NCBI RefSeq assembly: GCF_018977255.1
Contig: NW_024704756.1
Coordinates: 16,866,001 to 16,930,000 of the forward strand
From: Callorhinchus milii
Lineage: Eukaryota
Direction of reading: 5' to 3'
Length of the DNA stretch: 64,000 nt
The translations under genes and the position numbers were made by a program. Under the pieces are notes generated by a model. The model saw only the letters and a list, made by a program, of their open reading frames with translations, was not told where the DNA came from and ran no database searches. Below, piece after piece: positions 25,101 to 37,100 of this stretch. The stretch's first letter is position 1. Every line of letters begins with the position of its first letter.

Positions 25101-28100
25101 TAACACAACTCAATACAACACAACACAGCTCAACACAACACAGCTCAACACAACTCAACACAATTCAAACAACACAGCTCAACACAACACAGCTCAACAT
25201 AACACAACGCAACATAACACAACTCAATACAACACAACACAGCTCAACACAACACAAGTCAGCACAACTCAATACAATACAACACAACACTGCTGGCTAG
25301 AGACCAGCTGAGCTATTTTCCCACTTGCAAACAAAACAACAACTTGCATTTATATAGCGTTCCTCACTCAGGGAACCATCCCAGAGTGCTTAAGGCAGGA
25401 AAATAAGACACAAGTGCCACATATGTACATGTGGAACAGGCTCCCTCGGGAGAGAGACGGTGGAAGCAGAAAGTGTTGATTCTTTCAAGAACAAATGAAA
25501 TAGATTTCTGTTGGGAAATAATATCTGGGGCTAATACAGAGTATAGTCTGGGACCCGACATGTCAAGCGACTGCCAGGATAGTGGCAGGTGAACTGGATG
25601 ACCTTGGTCTTCTTTTGTCTAGCAAATTCTCATATTCTTACGCTGATGGGGGTGGGGGTGGTTTGGGGGGAGGCAGATTGTGCCTAGAAACTCCCAAGGG
25701 AATGGGAACAGGAATTGAGAGGAAATCCATGGGACTGGGAGGGAGAGACGGCGGGACTGCCAGGACATGGTTTATTTATTATTTACACATCTATGTTCCT
25801 CTCCATCACATTCCTGCATTCCTCGCTGCTGTCTCACCTCTGGCCCAGAGTCAGGGCAGCCTTTGGGTTGTTGGGAGGGTTGGGGTATATGTTGAGCACC
25901 TTCCTCCGCTCTTGTCCTGTGAGGTTGGTGGGGAAGGGGCTCTGCTAACAACCATCTCCAACTTGAAGCCCAAATGGTCTTCATTGTCAGACGAGGTGGT
26001 ATCTCAAGTGCCACAGAGGGAATGTTTGCTCCAAGCAGCACCACCACCCCCACCCCAGTGCCCCCTCCCTCGCTCGCCTAACTTTACTGCACCTTCCAAT
26101 TGGGCTCTTCACAATCTGGGGGGGGTGGGTGGTGGAAATGAGGGGGCCAGGGGTAGAGGACAATCCACTGTATTTTGGATTCAAGGTTCCCAAACCTTTC
26201 CACGGAGTTGTAACCTAATCCGGACAGAATTAATTGCTATCAACATCTCCATTCTTGTAGTGTGTGACAACCAGGATGGTAGAAGGCTAATTAGTTGAAC
26301 TTTAGTCTTTTTTGGTCTAGCAATGTTCCTGTGTGTCTGGGCTGGGCCGGGCCGGGCTGTGGCCTTGCTCCAGCTGCTTTACTGTAAAGCTGGTTGGCCT
26401 CACTTTAGTTGCGGTTGGTGGGTTTATACAGGAACAAACAGCGGTGAAGGTAAACAGCTCACACACACTGCCTAGACATGTAATTCTGTCCATCTCTCTC
26501 CATCATTCCTGCCTGGGAGATCGCTCCCAATATCCTCATAAGGCAACGCAGGAGATGGTGGGAAAGCAAAATGCCAGAGAGTGAGGTAAACTCTCCCAAC
26601 CAATATTTACATTTCTCCTTTTGTCGCTTGCCAATAATTTCTCTCTCTCTCTTTCTCTCCCTCATTACCTCCTCCCCCGATGGTGGGGAGGAGGAGGGGT
26701 GGGGGGGGGGGGGGTTGTGGTCACTGGAGGCAATTACCCCCTATGCCAGAGTGATCAGGTGACTGGCCCAGAGTTGGATTGAGTATCTCTGACCTGCCTG
26801 GCTCTGAGTGGCTCAGATCCACTCTGGATTCAGTGCGGACACTATTCCCCTGAGCAGTGGAGCAGACTGGTTTATTTCAGGAGTGAATCTCTCTATATTT
26901 ACACCGTTATCCGGAGTAAACTGAGCTGGGAGTCTGGCTCTGGGCTCCATTGAGTCATTGCAGCTATAAAGATGTCCTCTATTTATAATGAATTGACACA
27001 AGAGATGTGTGTGGGGTGGGGGGGGTTTCTTTGCCGAGGGATTTTGTGGTACAAATTGCACATGGTCACATGTTCACTAATAATAATAATAATGAATAGA
27101 CAGGGAGACAGCCCCCCCGCTATAACAAGCTCCTGTGGGTACCATATCTCAGAGGAGGCTCGAAAAATGGCTGACTTGCGGGTTCTCTGACATCTGTTCC
27201 TGTGCGCTGCCTATTCTTGAACCAGGTCTTGATTTTGAAGTAGTTTTTCCGGTGGTTTGAGAGGAATTTGAGGGCAATGTGTCATAGTTTTCCTGCGTGT
27301 GACAGTGTGACCCACATCTTGTCACACAGTTGTGTTGAAGATAAACGTTGATTACATCCTCGTCAGAGGCTTTCAAGTTCAGAGACATCTTATCTTACTC
27401 TCTCCCCCATCCCCCACCACCCCCATTGAAGACAGGAACAAGAGAAGGCCAGTCAGTCCATCCAGCCTGTTCCACCAATTTATTAGATCTTGTCAGATAT
27501 TTTAAACTGGTGCAGAATGTGTGGAAAATTAAATCCAGATTAATTCTGAAGACGGTGTTCCACGTTTCTTCTGGTTTCCGAATAAAACCTGGACATTAAG
27601 GATTTTACACAACTTGTCTCCATGTTACACCTGAAGATGGAGATTGTCCGACAGCCTGAGACTGAACCTGTGGCAGCTGTTCCCAGTGATGTTAGTGTTC
27701 GTGTGGATGTTAGTGTGGGTGTGTGTTAGTGTGTGGGTGTGTGTTAGTGTGTGGGTGTATGTGTGGGTGTCAGTGTAGGTATGTGTGTGTGTGTTGATGT
27801 GTGTGGGTGTGGGTGTGCACTGCCCCCTCGTGGCTCTCTTTGAGATATTCTTCACAAGTTGCTGATTCACAAGATTGGTTTGGATGAAAATCCTTTACAC
27901 AACACGATACAGTTTAGATTTACACACCGCCTTCTACATCGGGAGCACAAGGGTGGGATTTTTTGGTACTTGGGGAATTTGACACACGTGGAAACCCTTA
28001 AAAGCCTCCAAACCAGACCGAGAATTCCATGTAAATCACCAACACATTCAAATTCCCGAGTCTGGGTTGAGCTGTCTGTCTTTTGGGGATTGATATTCTT

Positions 28101-31100
28101 GATTTTGGGGTATTTGTTGGGTTCACGTTATCACGGTCATGTGTGTGTGACTATGTGTGTGTATATGTGTATGTATAGTGCCGTGTCTCTGCTGTCCTCA
28201 CTCCTTGTGTATGTTCTCTGTGTGCAGGGACAGCCCGGAGCGGTTGGGAAGCAGGGAAGGAGTGGATCCCCCGGCTTTCCCGGGCCCCAGGGGCCCCTGG
28301 GCTCCAAGGGTGAGAAAGGCAGCCCCGGGATGGCAGGTACCTCCGGTATCAAAGGGGAGAAGGTGAGGCGCAGCCCACATGGGAACACTCATACCTGCGC
28401 TGCTTACACACTCAGTGTTACACACTCACACAGTTGTATTCTGTGACTTTCCCGCTTTGACCAATGTGTCCGTTGTTTCAGGGCCCAATCGGTGTGCCAG
28501 GATTTGTTGGTCTGAATGGCATTCCAGTAAGTAAACTGCTACATTCACACTCTCGCACACTCACAGCCTCATACTCCTGCACACTTACACACACTCACAG
28601 CCTCATACTCCTGCACACTTACACACACTCACAGCCTCATACTCCTGCACACTTACACACACTCACAGCCTCATACTCCTGCACACTTACACACACTCAC
28701 AGCCTCATACTCCTGCACACTTACACACACTCACAGCCTCATACTCCTGCACACTTACACACACTCACAGTCTTCTGCACACTCACACATTCCCACTGTG
28801 AATTTCTGATCACATTGGATCGAGGTCTGGGGCTGAGTGCAGTGGCAGGTAATGAGCAGAAGGTGGCGCTGCAGTACTGAGTAAAGCAGACGAATGCGGT
28901 GCATTGGGCGCCCTCCGGTGGCTATAACAGGTATTGCAGTCACCAATGTAACCTTTGCTTTCATCACATGGGATAATAATAATAATTCCTGACATTTGAT
29001 AAAGTGCTTCACAGAATATACTGTAAAGTGTAAAGTGTAGTGACTGTATATTTTGTGGGTAAAACATGGCAGCCAAATGCGCACAGCAATGTCCCACAAA
29101 CAGCCGTGGATTCAGTGACAAATTATTATTTAAAGGATTATAATAACAATCCTGACATTTGATTTGGGTAAAACATGGCAGCCAAATGCGCACAGCAATG
29201 TCCCACAAACAGCCGTGGATTCAGGGACAAATTATTATTTAAAGGATTATAATAACAATCCTGACATTTGATTTGGTGCCTTTCACATCGGGATGGCGGG
29301 AGGTGCGGGGGTGCGGGGGGGGCGGGGGGGGGGGGGGAGGTGGGGGAGGGGAACGGGTGGGAAGGAAACGGGGGGAGGGGAACGGGGGGGGAATGTCTCA
29401 AATCACTTCACAGGATTTTTTATTGTAAAGTGGAGTAACCAGTGGTCAATGCGGAGATGAACCCCATCGTAACCACATACCCTCCGAGCTACACAAGCGA
29501 GTCAGTCCGGGCTCCGCTGACCCGCATCTCTTTTATTTCAGGGGCACCCGGGTGGTCAGGGCCCTCGAGGTCGCCCAGGTCTGGACGGCTGTAATGGCAC
29601 GAGGGGAGAGCCTGGTTTCCCCTCCACGGGACGACCCGGGAACCCCGGATTCCAAGTACGGAGAGTGGATTTTGTTTGTTCGGGGATTTAGTGTTAATGG
29701 GAGGATGTCGGGCTATTGTAATTCTTGCAATTGATAATAATAATCCTGGCATTTGATACAGCGCCTTATCATGTCTTCGAGACGTCTCAAAGCGCTTCAC
29801 AGAATATACTGTAAAGTGTAGTGACTGTGTATTTTGGGGAGCGAAACGCGGCAGCCAATTGGGCACATTATGGGGTATTGTGAGGGTGTTCTGGATGTTA
29901 GGGGTTTTGTTTGGGGGGAAGTTATTCAGAGCTCTCAGTGTTAATGATCTTCCTCGTTCTCTGTCCCCCTCCCACCCCCCAACCCCCCACCCCCACCCCC
30001 CACATACATGCAGGGGCTTCCCGGCCTGAAAGGTGCTAAAGGAGAACCCTCCTTGGTGTCTGGAGGGCAAGGGGGCTACAGGGTGAGAATCCAGGATGTC
30101 TGAGCTGTGTCTGGGGTGGGTGGGTGTCTGTCTGTCTGTGTGTGTCTGTCTGTCTGTGTGTGTGTGTGTCTGTCTGTGTGTGTGTGTCTGTGTGTCTGTC
30201 TGTGTGTGTCTGTGTGTGTGTGTCTGTGTGTGTGTGTGTCTGTGTGTGTGTGTGTCTGTGTGTCTGTGTGTTGTCTGTCTGTGTGTGTGTGTCTGTGTGT
30301 GTGTGGTCTGTGTGTGTGTGTGTCTGTGTGTGTGTGTGTGTGTCTGTGTGTGTGTGTGTGTCTGTCTGTGTGTGTGTGTGTGTCTGTGTGTGTGTGTGTG
30401 TCTGTCTGTGTGTGTGTGTCTGTGTGTGTGTGTGTGTCTGTGTGTGTGTGTGTGTCTGTGTGTGTGTGTGTGTCTGTGTGTGTGTGTGTGTGTGTCTGTG
30501 TGTCTGTGTGTGTGTGTGTGTCTGTGTGTGTGTGTGTCTGTGTGTGTGTTCCTGTCTGATGTGAGTTGTTGTTTTGCAGGGTGAGCCCGGCTTGCCCGGC
30601 CTGGATGGAATTCCTGTGAGTATTATGATGATGATGATGATGATGATGATGATTCTTGGTTTTGATATAGCGCCTTATCGCGGTTTTCATAATGTCTCAA
30701 AGTATCTCAGCCAATCAGAGACCCCCGGACCCCAGACTCGGAGAGAGTTTTGTGAATGTTTAAACAGTGTTTGACACTTAGTGTAAACCCTCGTTTTTAT
30801 ACCCAGTTTACACGGAGTGTAGACCCGGTTTATACCTATTTTTGCTTACGACCCAGTTTGTAACCGGTTAATACTCGGTTTCCCTGGTGTTTAATACCCT
30901 GTTTATACCCGGTTTTGCGGTGTTTATATCTGGTGTTGTTACTCTCCAGGGTTCCAGAGGTTATGGCGGTTCCCGAGGGCCGATGGGCCCCAGAGGTTTG
31001 CCCGGGTTCAGTGTGAGTTTCTATCCCATTGTTGCCATTTCCCTTTCGGTGCCGTAGACAACCAGCGGCGGTGGTGGGGGGTGGGGGGGGGACACGGGTG

Positions 31101-34100
31101 ACACATTACTAGCAAGGCCGGATCCTAACCTGCTCGTTTCCCTCTCCAGGGCCCGCCCGGACCTCCCGGACCCCCAGGGCTGAAGGTAAGTCACGTCCCT
31201 CTGGTCAGTGGGTCAGTCAGGAGCAGAGGGATGAGCCCAGGGGCCACTCTGGCTGTTCAGCTCTGCGCGTGGGATTAAGCAGTCAGGAGAGCCTCAGCCT
31301 GACTCAGCCACTCGCGCTCTCCCCTCTGCATCACAAGATTGTGGGCTTGAGCCCCACGGTGGGGGTTTTGAGCTCGCAGTCTAGGCTGGCACTCTAGCAC
31401 AGCGCTGGGGGAGGGGGGAGCGTGGCATTGTGGTGCTGCCAATGTTCAGGTGATACATGACTGGTGTACATCAACAGTCACTACACTTTGAAGTCAGTAA
31501 CTCATCGTAGGAAGTTCTTTGAGAGACTTTGAGGTGACAGACACAAGGGGTGTTAGTGAGTGTTGGATGCCCAGTGAGAGACTGGGTCGTGGTGTTTGGT
31601 TTCGCTGTAACTGAATGTTCCTTAAACTGTTTGTAGGGCAACAGGGGATTGGGCTTCCAAGGAGAGAAAGGAGAAAAGGTAAGAATGAGAGCGAGTGAGT
31701 GAGCGAGTGAGTGAGCGAGTGACCACCCAGCACCTCGTCAATAACTTTAGTCTCACGGGATAGACCGATACGGAGGCAAAGATCCCAATTGGAATGGAAA
31801 TCCCTGGAAGAAATGGGTCGGATTCCAGGGGGGGCGAGGAAGGGAGGCTGCTGTCTGTGTCTGCTGCGGTGGGGGTGGGGGGTGGGGGTGGGAGGGTGGT
31901 GGTGACTTGAGATGCTGACAGTTGGCCTCTGTGACCTGTGATGTTGTCCTCAGGGAGAAGTGGGTCAGCCCGGCCCCCCAGGCCCACCCCCGGCCTCTGG
32001 CACCCAGGAGTTAATGCAACCGTCTCAATACCCCAAGGGCGAGCGCGGAGAGAAGGTTTGTGGCCAAATTAACGAGAGGCGTTTCCGTGGCGATTCATAC
32101 ATACAGGAATAATAATCCTTACATTTGATACAGTGCCTCATCACGTCTCCGAGACGTCTCAAAGCGCTTCACAAAATATACTGTAAAGTGCAGTGACTGT
32201 ATATTTTGTGGGCGAAACGCAGCAGCCAATGGCGCACAGCAGTGTCCCCACAAACAGTCGTGGATTGAGTGACCACATTTTTTTTTGGAGGGATTATTAC
32301 CCCCGGAAAGCGATCCGCCAATCGACTAACAACCGGGTTCCTACTCACTGCCGGTAAACATGTGTGTGGAGTAAGGAACTTGTGGGAATCTAGCCTGGAT
32401 CCTCTCGCTTGGATTCAAAGTCCTCAAGTGAGGACATTCGCCTGCAAAACACACAGTCACTACACTTTACAGTAAATCCCGTGAAGCAATAGGAGTGGCG
32501 GCTCATTAAACACTTGGCTTATTGTGCTCAATGATGTGACCTGTTTGTCTGTTCTCTCCTCAGGGTGACCGAGGGTACGCTGGTACCCGAGGGGTGGACG
32601 GACTGCCCGGCTCCCCGGTAATGTTCCCCCCGCCCCCGCTCGCTCTCCCCATGTTTGTCCCCTGTGCCGAATAACCGTCCTGCGTCCGGTTGGCAAAGAC
32701 GGGAAGTTGGTGGCATTGACCAACGGAATTCTTCTTCAACATTTCGGGGGGGTGGGGGAGCACACACACCCCCCATACACACAGACACACACACGCTCCA
32801 CACGCGCACACCCCCCACACAAACTCCACACACACACAAACACACTCCACACACACGCCCCACACACACACTCCACACGCACACCCCCCCCACACACACA
32901 CACGCTCCACACACACCCCACACACACACACACTCCACACACACCCCCCACACACACACACACACACTCCACACACACACCCCCCACACACAGACACACC
33001 CCCCACACCCCCCCCACACACAGACACACACACTCCACACACACCCCACATGCACACACACACACACCCCACACACAGACACACACACACTCCACACACA
33101 CACACCCCACACACACACCCCCCATACATAGACACACACACGCACACCCCCCACACACAGACACACACACACTCCACATGCACACCCCCCACACACAGAC
33201 ACACACGCTCCACACACACCCCCCCCACGCACAAACGCACTCCACACACACACCTCAGTGTGGGCTGATCTCTCACTTGGACACTGGGTTATTGACGTGG
33301 GGCTGTCAGCTGTGGATGAGGACGAGTGGTGCAATATTATTAACCTTTCCTCTCCTCTCTCAGGGCCGTACAATTAGAAAGGGTGAGCTGGGAGAGAAAG
33401 GCATCCCTGGGATGCCGGGGCCTCGGGTAAGAAACGGGCTTCATAGACACGGGGTTTACTGTGCGATCGATGGGCGTGGGAATCAGATTCCAGGGAAACT
33501 CGCCCCCACTTCTATATAATAATATATAATAATCCTCGCATTTGACTCAGCCCCTCATCATGTCTTTGACACGTCTCAAAGCGCTTCACAGAATATACTG
33601 TAAAGTGTAGTGACTGTGTATTTTATGGGCGAAACGCAGCAGCCAATTGCGCACAGCAGCGTCCCCACAAACAGCTGTGGATTGAGTGGCCACATTATTT
33701 TTGGGGGGAGGGATTATTACCCCCGGAAAGCGATCCGCCGATCGACTAACAACTGGGTTCCTACTTCCTGCTGGGTAAACGGGTGTGTGGAGTGAGGAAA
33801 CTCGCCCCGCCCGGGAATCGAACCCGGGTCCTCTCGCTTGCGAGGCGAGCGCGCTCACCACTACGCTACAGGACTCCTCTTTGTACGACCTGGAGACTCG
33901 GCTGTGTGTGGTTTGTCTGACGTGTGGTGGGTTCCGTTGCAGTGTCTGATTCGCTCCTTATTCTGTGTCACAGGGATATCCTGGACTGGATGGATCGCCC
34001 GGGATTCCTGGACAAAAGGTAAAATCCTCTGGAGAGACCTGTAACTCCTGGGGCTGTGTGTGAAAAGCTCATTGTGTGTGTGAGATGGTCACATCCTCAG

Positions 34101-37100
34101 ACGAGGACAGTTGGGAGTAGGTTTGCTAAGACACTGTTTTACCAACCAAATTGTTTTCTTGTGTGAACGTTTTGAAGGGCATGAAGGGGTTTCCTGGGCC
34201 AAGTGGACGTTATGGGAACGTGGGAATGAAGGTAGGTCTCGCCTCGTGTTCCCTTTGTTGATTGGGTATTTGGTCAGAGAAGCAGAATGTCTGTGTGTAG
34301 ACGTTTTTCCCCTCTCTCTGAAAAAAAACCTTTAAGAATATAATAACAATAATAATAACCCTCTCATTTGAAAAAGCGCCTTTGATGTTGAGTTGGACGT
34401 CGCATAGCGCTTCCCATGATTTTGCTGTAAAGTATAGTGACTGTGTTTTGTAGGCTTCACAATCCACGCCATGTTTAAGTGCTTACCAAGTTCTGCACAG
34501 TCTGAAATGCCACCTAAATAGGCTGAACCAGGTGGGATTTCTCCCCAATAATGCGGTTAATGGTGAGTCCAGTGGAATCCCCCTGTTATATGGACGCGGG
34601 GTAATGGATGGGATCTCAGTGGGGGGGATTGTGGTGGGGGGGAGAGTGAGAGAGAAGGAAGGTTTGGTGGGTTGACGTGAGGTGTTGTATTGTGTTTCAG
34701 GGTGACTCTGGGGATGTTGGTCTCCCTGGACCCCCCTCTTATGTAGATGAAGGCGGTGCTGTTCTTAAAGGTACAGACCAGCTAAGTGACGCACATTTGT
34801 ATTCCTGTGTTGGAGTGAAGCTTATAGAAACTTGCTCATGAAAATTGTGTGTGTGTCCTGTTACCCCATGTTTGTTTTTCTGCAGCGCACTGTACAACAC
34901 CTGAAACATGTGGAAGAATTATGATGATTGTATTTAGAAGTTAGAAGTTACTTCATTGTATTCAGTACAAGTGTTTGACTGTATTTAGACGTCCAGAGAA
35001 TGGGTGTGTGTGAGTGAGTGAGTGTGTGTGTGAGTGAGTGTGTGTGTGTTAGTGAGTGTGAGTGTGTGTGTGTGTGTTAATGAGTATGTGTGTTAATGAG
35101 TATGTGTGTTAGTGAGTGTGTGGGTGTCTGAGTGTGTGTGAGTGTATGTGTGTGACAGTGTGTGTATGTGAGTGTGTGTGAGAGTGTGTGTGTGTGTTAG
35201 TGAGTGTGTGTGTTAGTGAGTGTGTATGTGAGTGAGTGTGTGTGTGTGAGTGTGTGCGTGTTAGTGAGTGAGTGTGCGTGAATGAGTGTGTATGAGTGAG
35301 TGAGTGCGCCTGAGTGAGTGTGTGTGTGTGAGTGAGTGTGTGTGTGTGTGAATGAGTGCCAACATTTCCATGGCAGATAATGATTCATCGCCATGATTGG
35401 AGTGACATCTTCCATAACTTGGGATGGGGGTGAGTGGGGGGATAACAGGACTGTGTGAACACCCTTTAGGTGACCTGGGGAGGGGGCTGGGATTCAGTAG
35501 TTGTGGCTACAACAGGAAACAGCTGTCAGGAAATGAGCTTTGAACCTTGACTTTTTTTTCTTTGGGGGCAGGTCCTCCAGGTTTTCCGGGCCCCCCAGGG
35601 TCTCAGGGTTTCCCAGGACCCCGAGGATCCCCAGGAGTGCCAGGGCGAACGGGATCCCCTGGCATCCCAGCCCAAATCGGAGGTAAAGTGTGTGGGTCTA
35701 CGTGAGTGTGCGGGGGGGGCGGGAAATAATAGGAGCACAAGTGAGCAATCAATGGATGTCCACTTTGGGGCAAAGTGCATTGTTGTCCTTCCCTCTCAGG
35801 CCCTGGTATTAATGTGATTGATGGAGTTAGTGTGTCAGCCCGGCTCAGGCACCTCGTGGGTTCAAGCCCCCGCATCAGGATGTTGAACTCATGTAGCCTC
35901 GGCTGGGGTGGGGGGAGCTCTCCATTGCTGGAGTTGCCGTCCTTCGGATGAAGCATAAACTGAGGTCCCGTCTGTGCCTGTTCAGGTGGATCTCGCGGTG
36001 CGATTGGGAAAGAGAAGGGAGTTTCTCTCCCATTGGGTCAGGTCAGTGAACGCTCGCTGACCCGGACGTGCTGACCGGCCGTTGCCCTTTAACCCGGCCC
36101 ATCATAACATGGAGTCTGATTTCATGGCAGTAACTCAGGGCTTTATTACTGTGTCTGATGTGTATGGACTTCATGAGTCCAGCGCTTGGCTGAAAAGGCA
36201 GCACCAGTTAATGTTTTGCTGGTGTCTCTCATTGGTCAGGTATGAAGGGCTTACCTGGATTCCCAGGTGTGGGAGGCCCCAAGGGTGAAAGGGGGTCTCC
36301 AGGAGGAATGGGATTCGGACAGCAAGGCCAGCCAGGATATCCAGGCTTACCGGGCCCACGGGGACCAGCAGGCCCACCGGGTTATTCAAGTAGGTACCAA
36401 ATCCTGAGTGAACTGCGTGGTACTGTGTCCTTCATGTTGGGGGCTCGTTCTCAGATGGTTTGCCAATCGATGCTGCTTTTGTTTTGAATCTCAGACCAAC
36501 GGCTAGATCGTTTAGGACAACCTGGGAGAGCTGGAGAACCTGGTCGCCTGGGACCCCCGGGACCCCCAGGGTTGCGAGGACCTAAAGGATTTAAAGGTGA
36601 GAGTCTAAAGGTTAAGAGGTTTTCAGTTGGATGGTTGCTTGCTTGGTTGATGGATGTATAATGAATAGAATTATACAGCACAGGAGGAGGCCATTCAGCC
36701 CATCGTGTCTGTACTGGCTCTTTGAAAAGAGTTTCCAAATCAACCCCACTCCTCCGCTCTCTCCCCATAGCCCTGCAAACTGTTCTGGGTTGTTCTGCGT
36801 TGGTTGTTTGTTGATTGGTTTGGTTAGATGGACAGTGGTGGGATGGTCAGTTTAGTTGTTGGTTGGTTGGTTAGATGGATGGTTAGTTAAGTTGTTGTGT
36901 GGTGGTTGATTGGTTGGTTGACAGATCTATTTGTGGTTTGCCACTTCCCCAACTTATTTTTCCCCAACATTTCACGTAATTCAATTCAATTCTGAGATAC
37001 CAAGATGCGTAAACTGTCTCCTAAACTGAAACCAGTAGATCCCACACTTGCCAGGTCCACTCACTGGTTTGTGTGAGTCTCGTGTGAGATGTTGTCTTTG

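Noticed and set aside
24407..25300. 297-aa N/T/Q/H-rich ORF
   Set aside because: Translation of a pentamer satellite, with no splice or homology support
25582..26298. 238-aa ORF in the large intron
   Set aside because: It starts within a CR1 tail, is low-complexity and has no recognisable domain
28557..28770. CRISPR-like array (34-bp repeats)
   Set aside because: Units are contiguous with no unique spacers, the context is a vertebrate intron, and there are no cas genes
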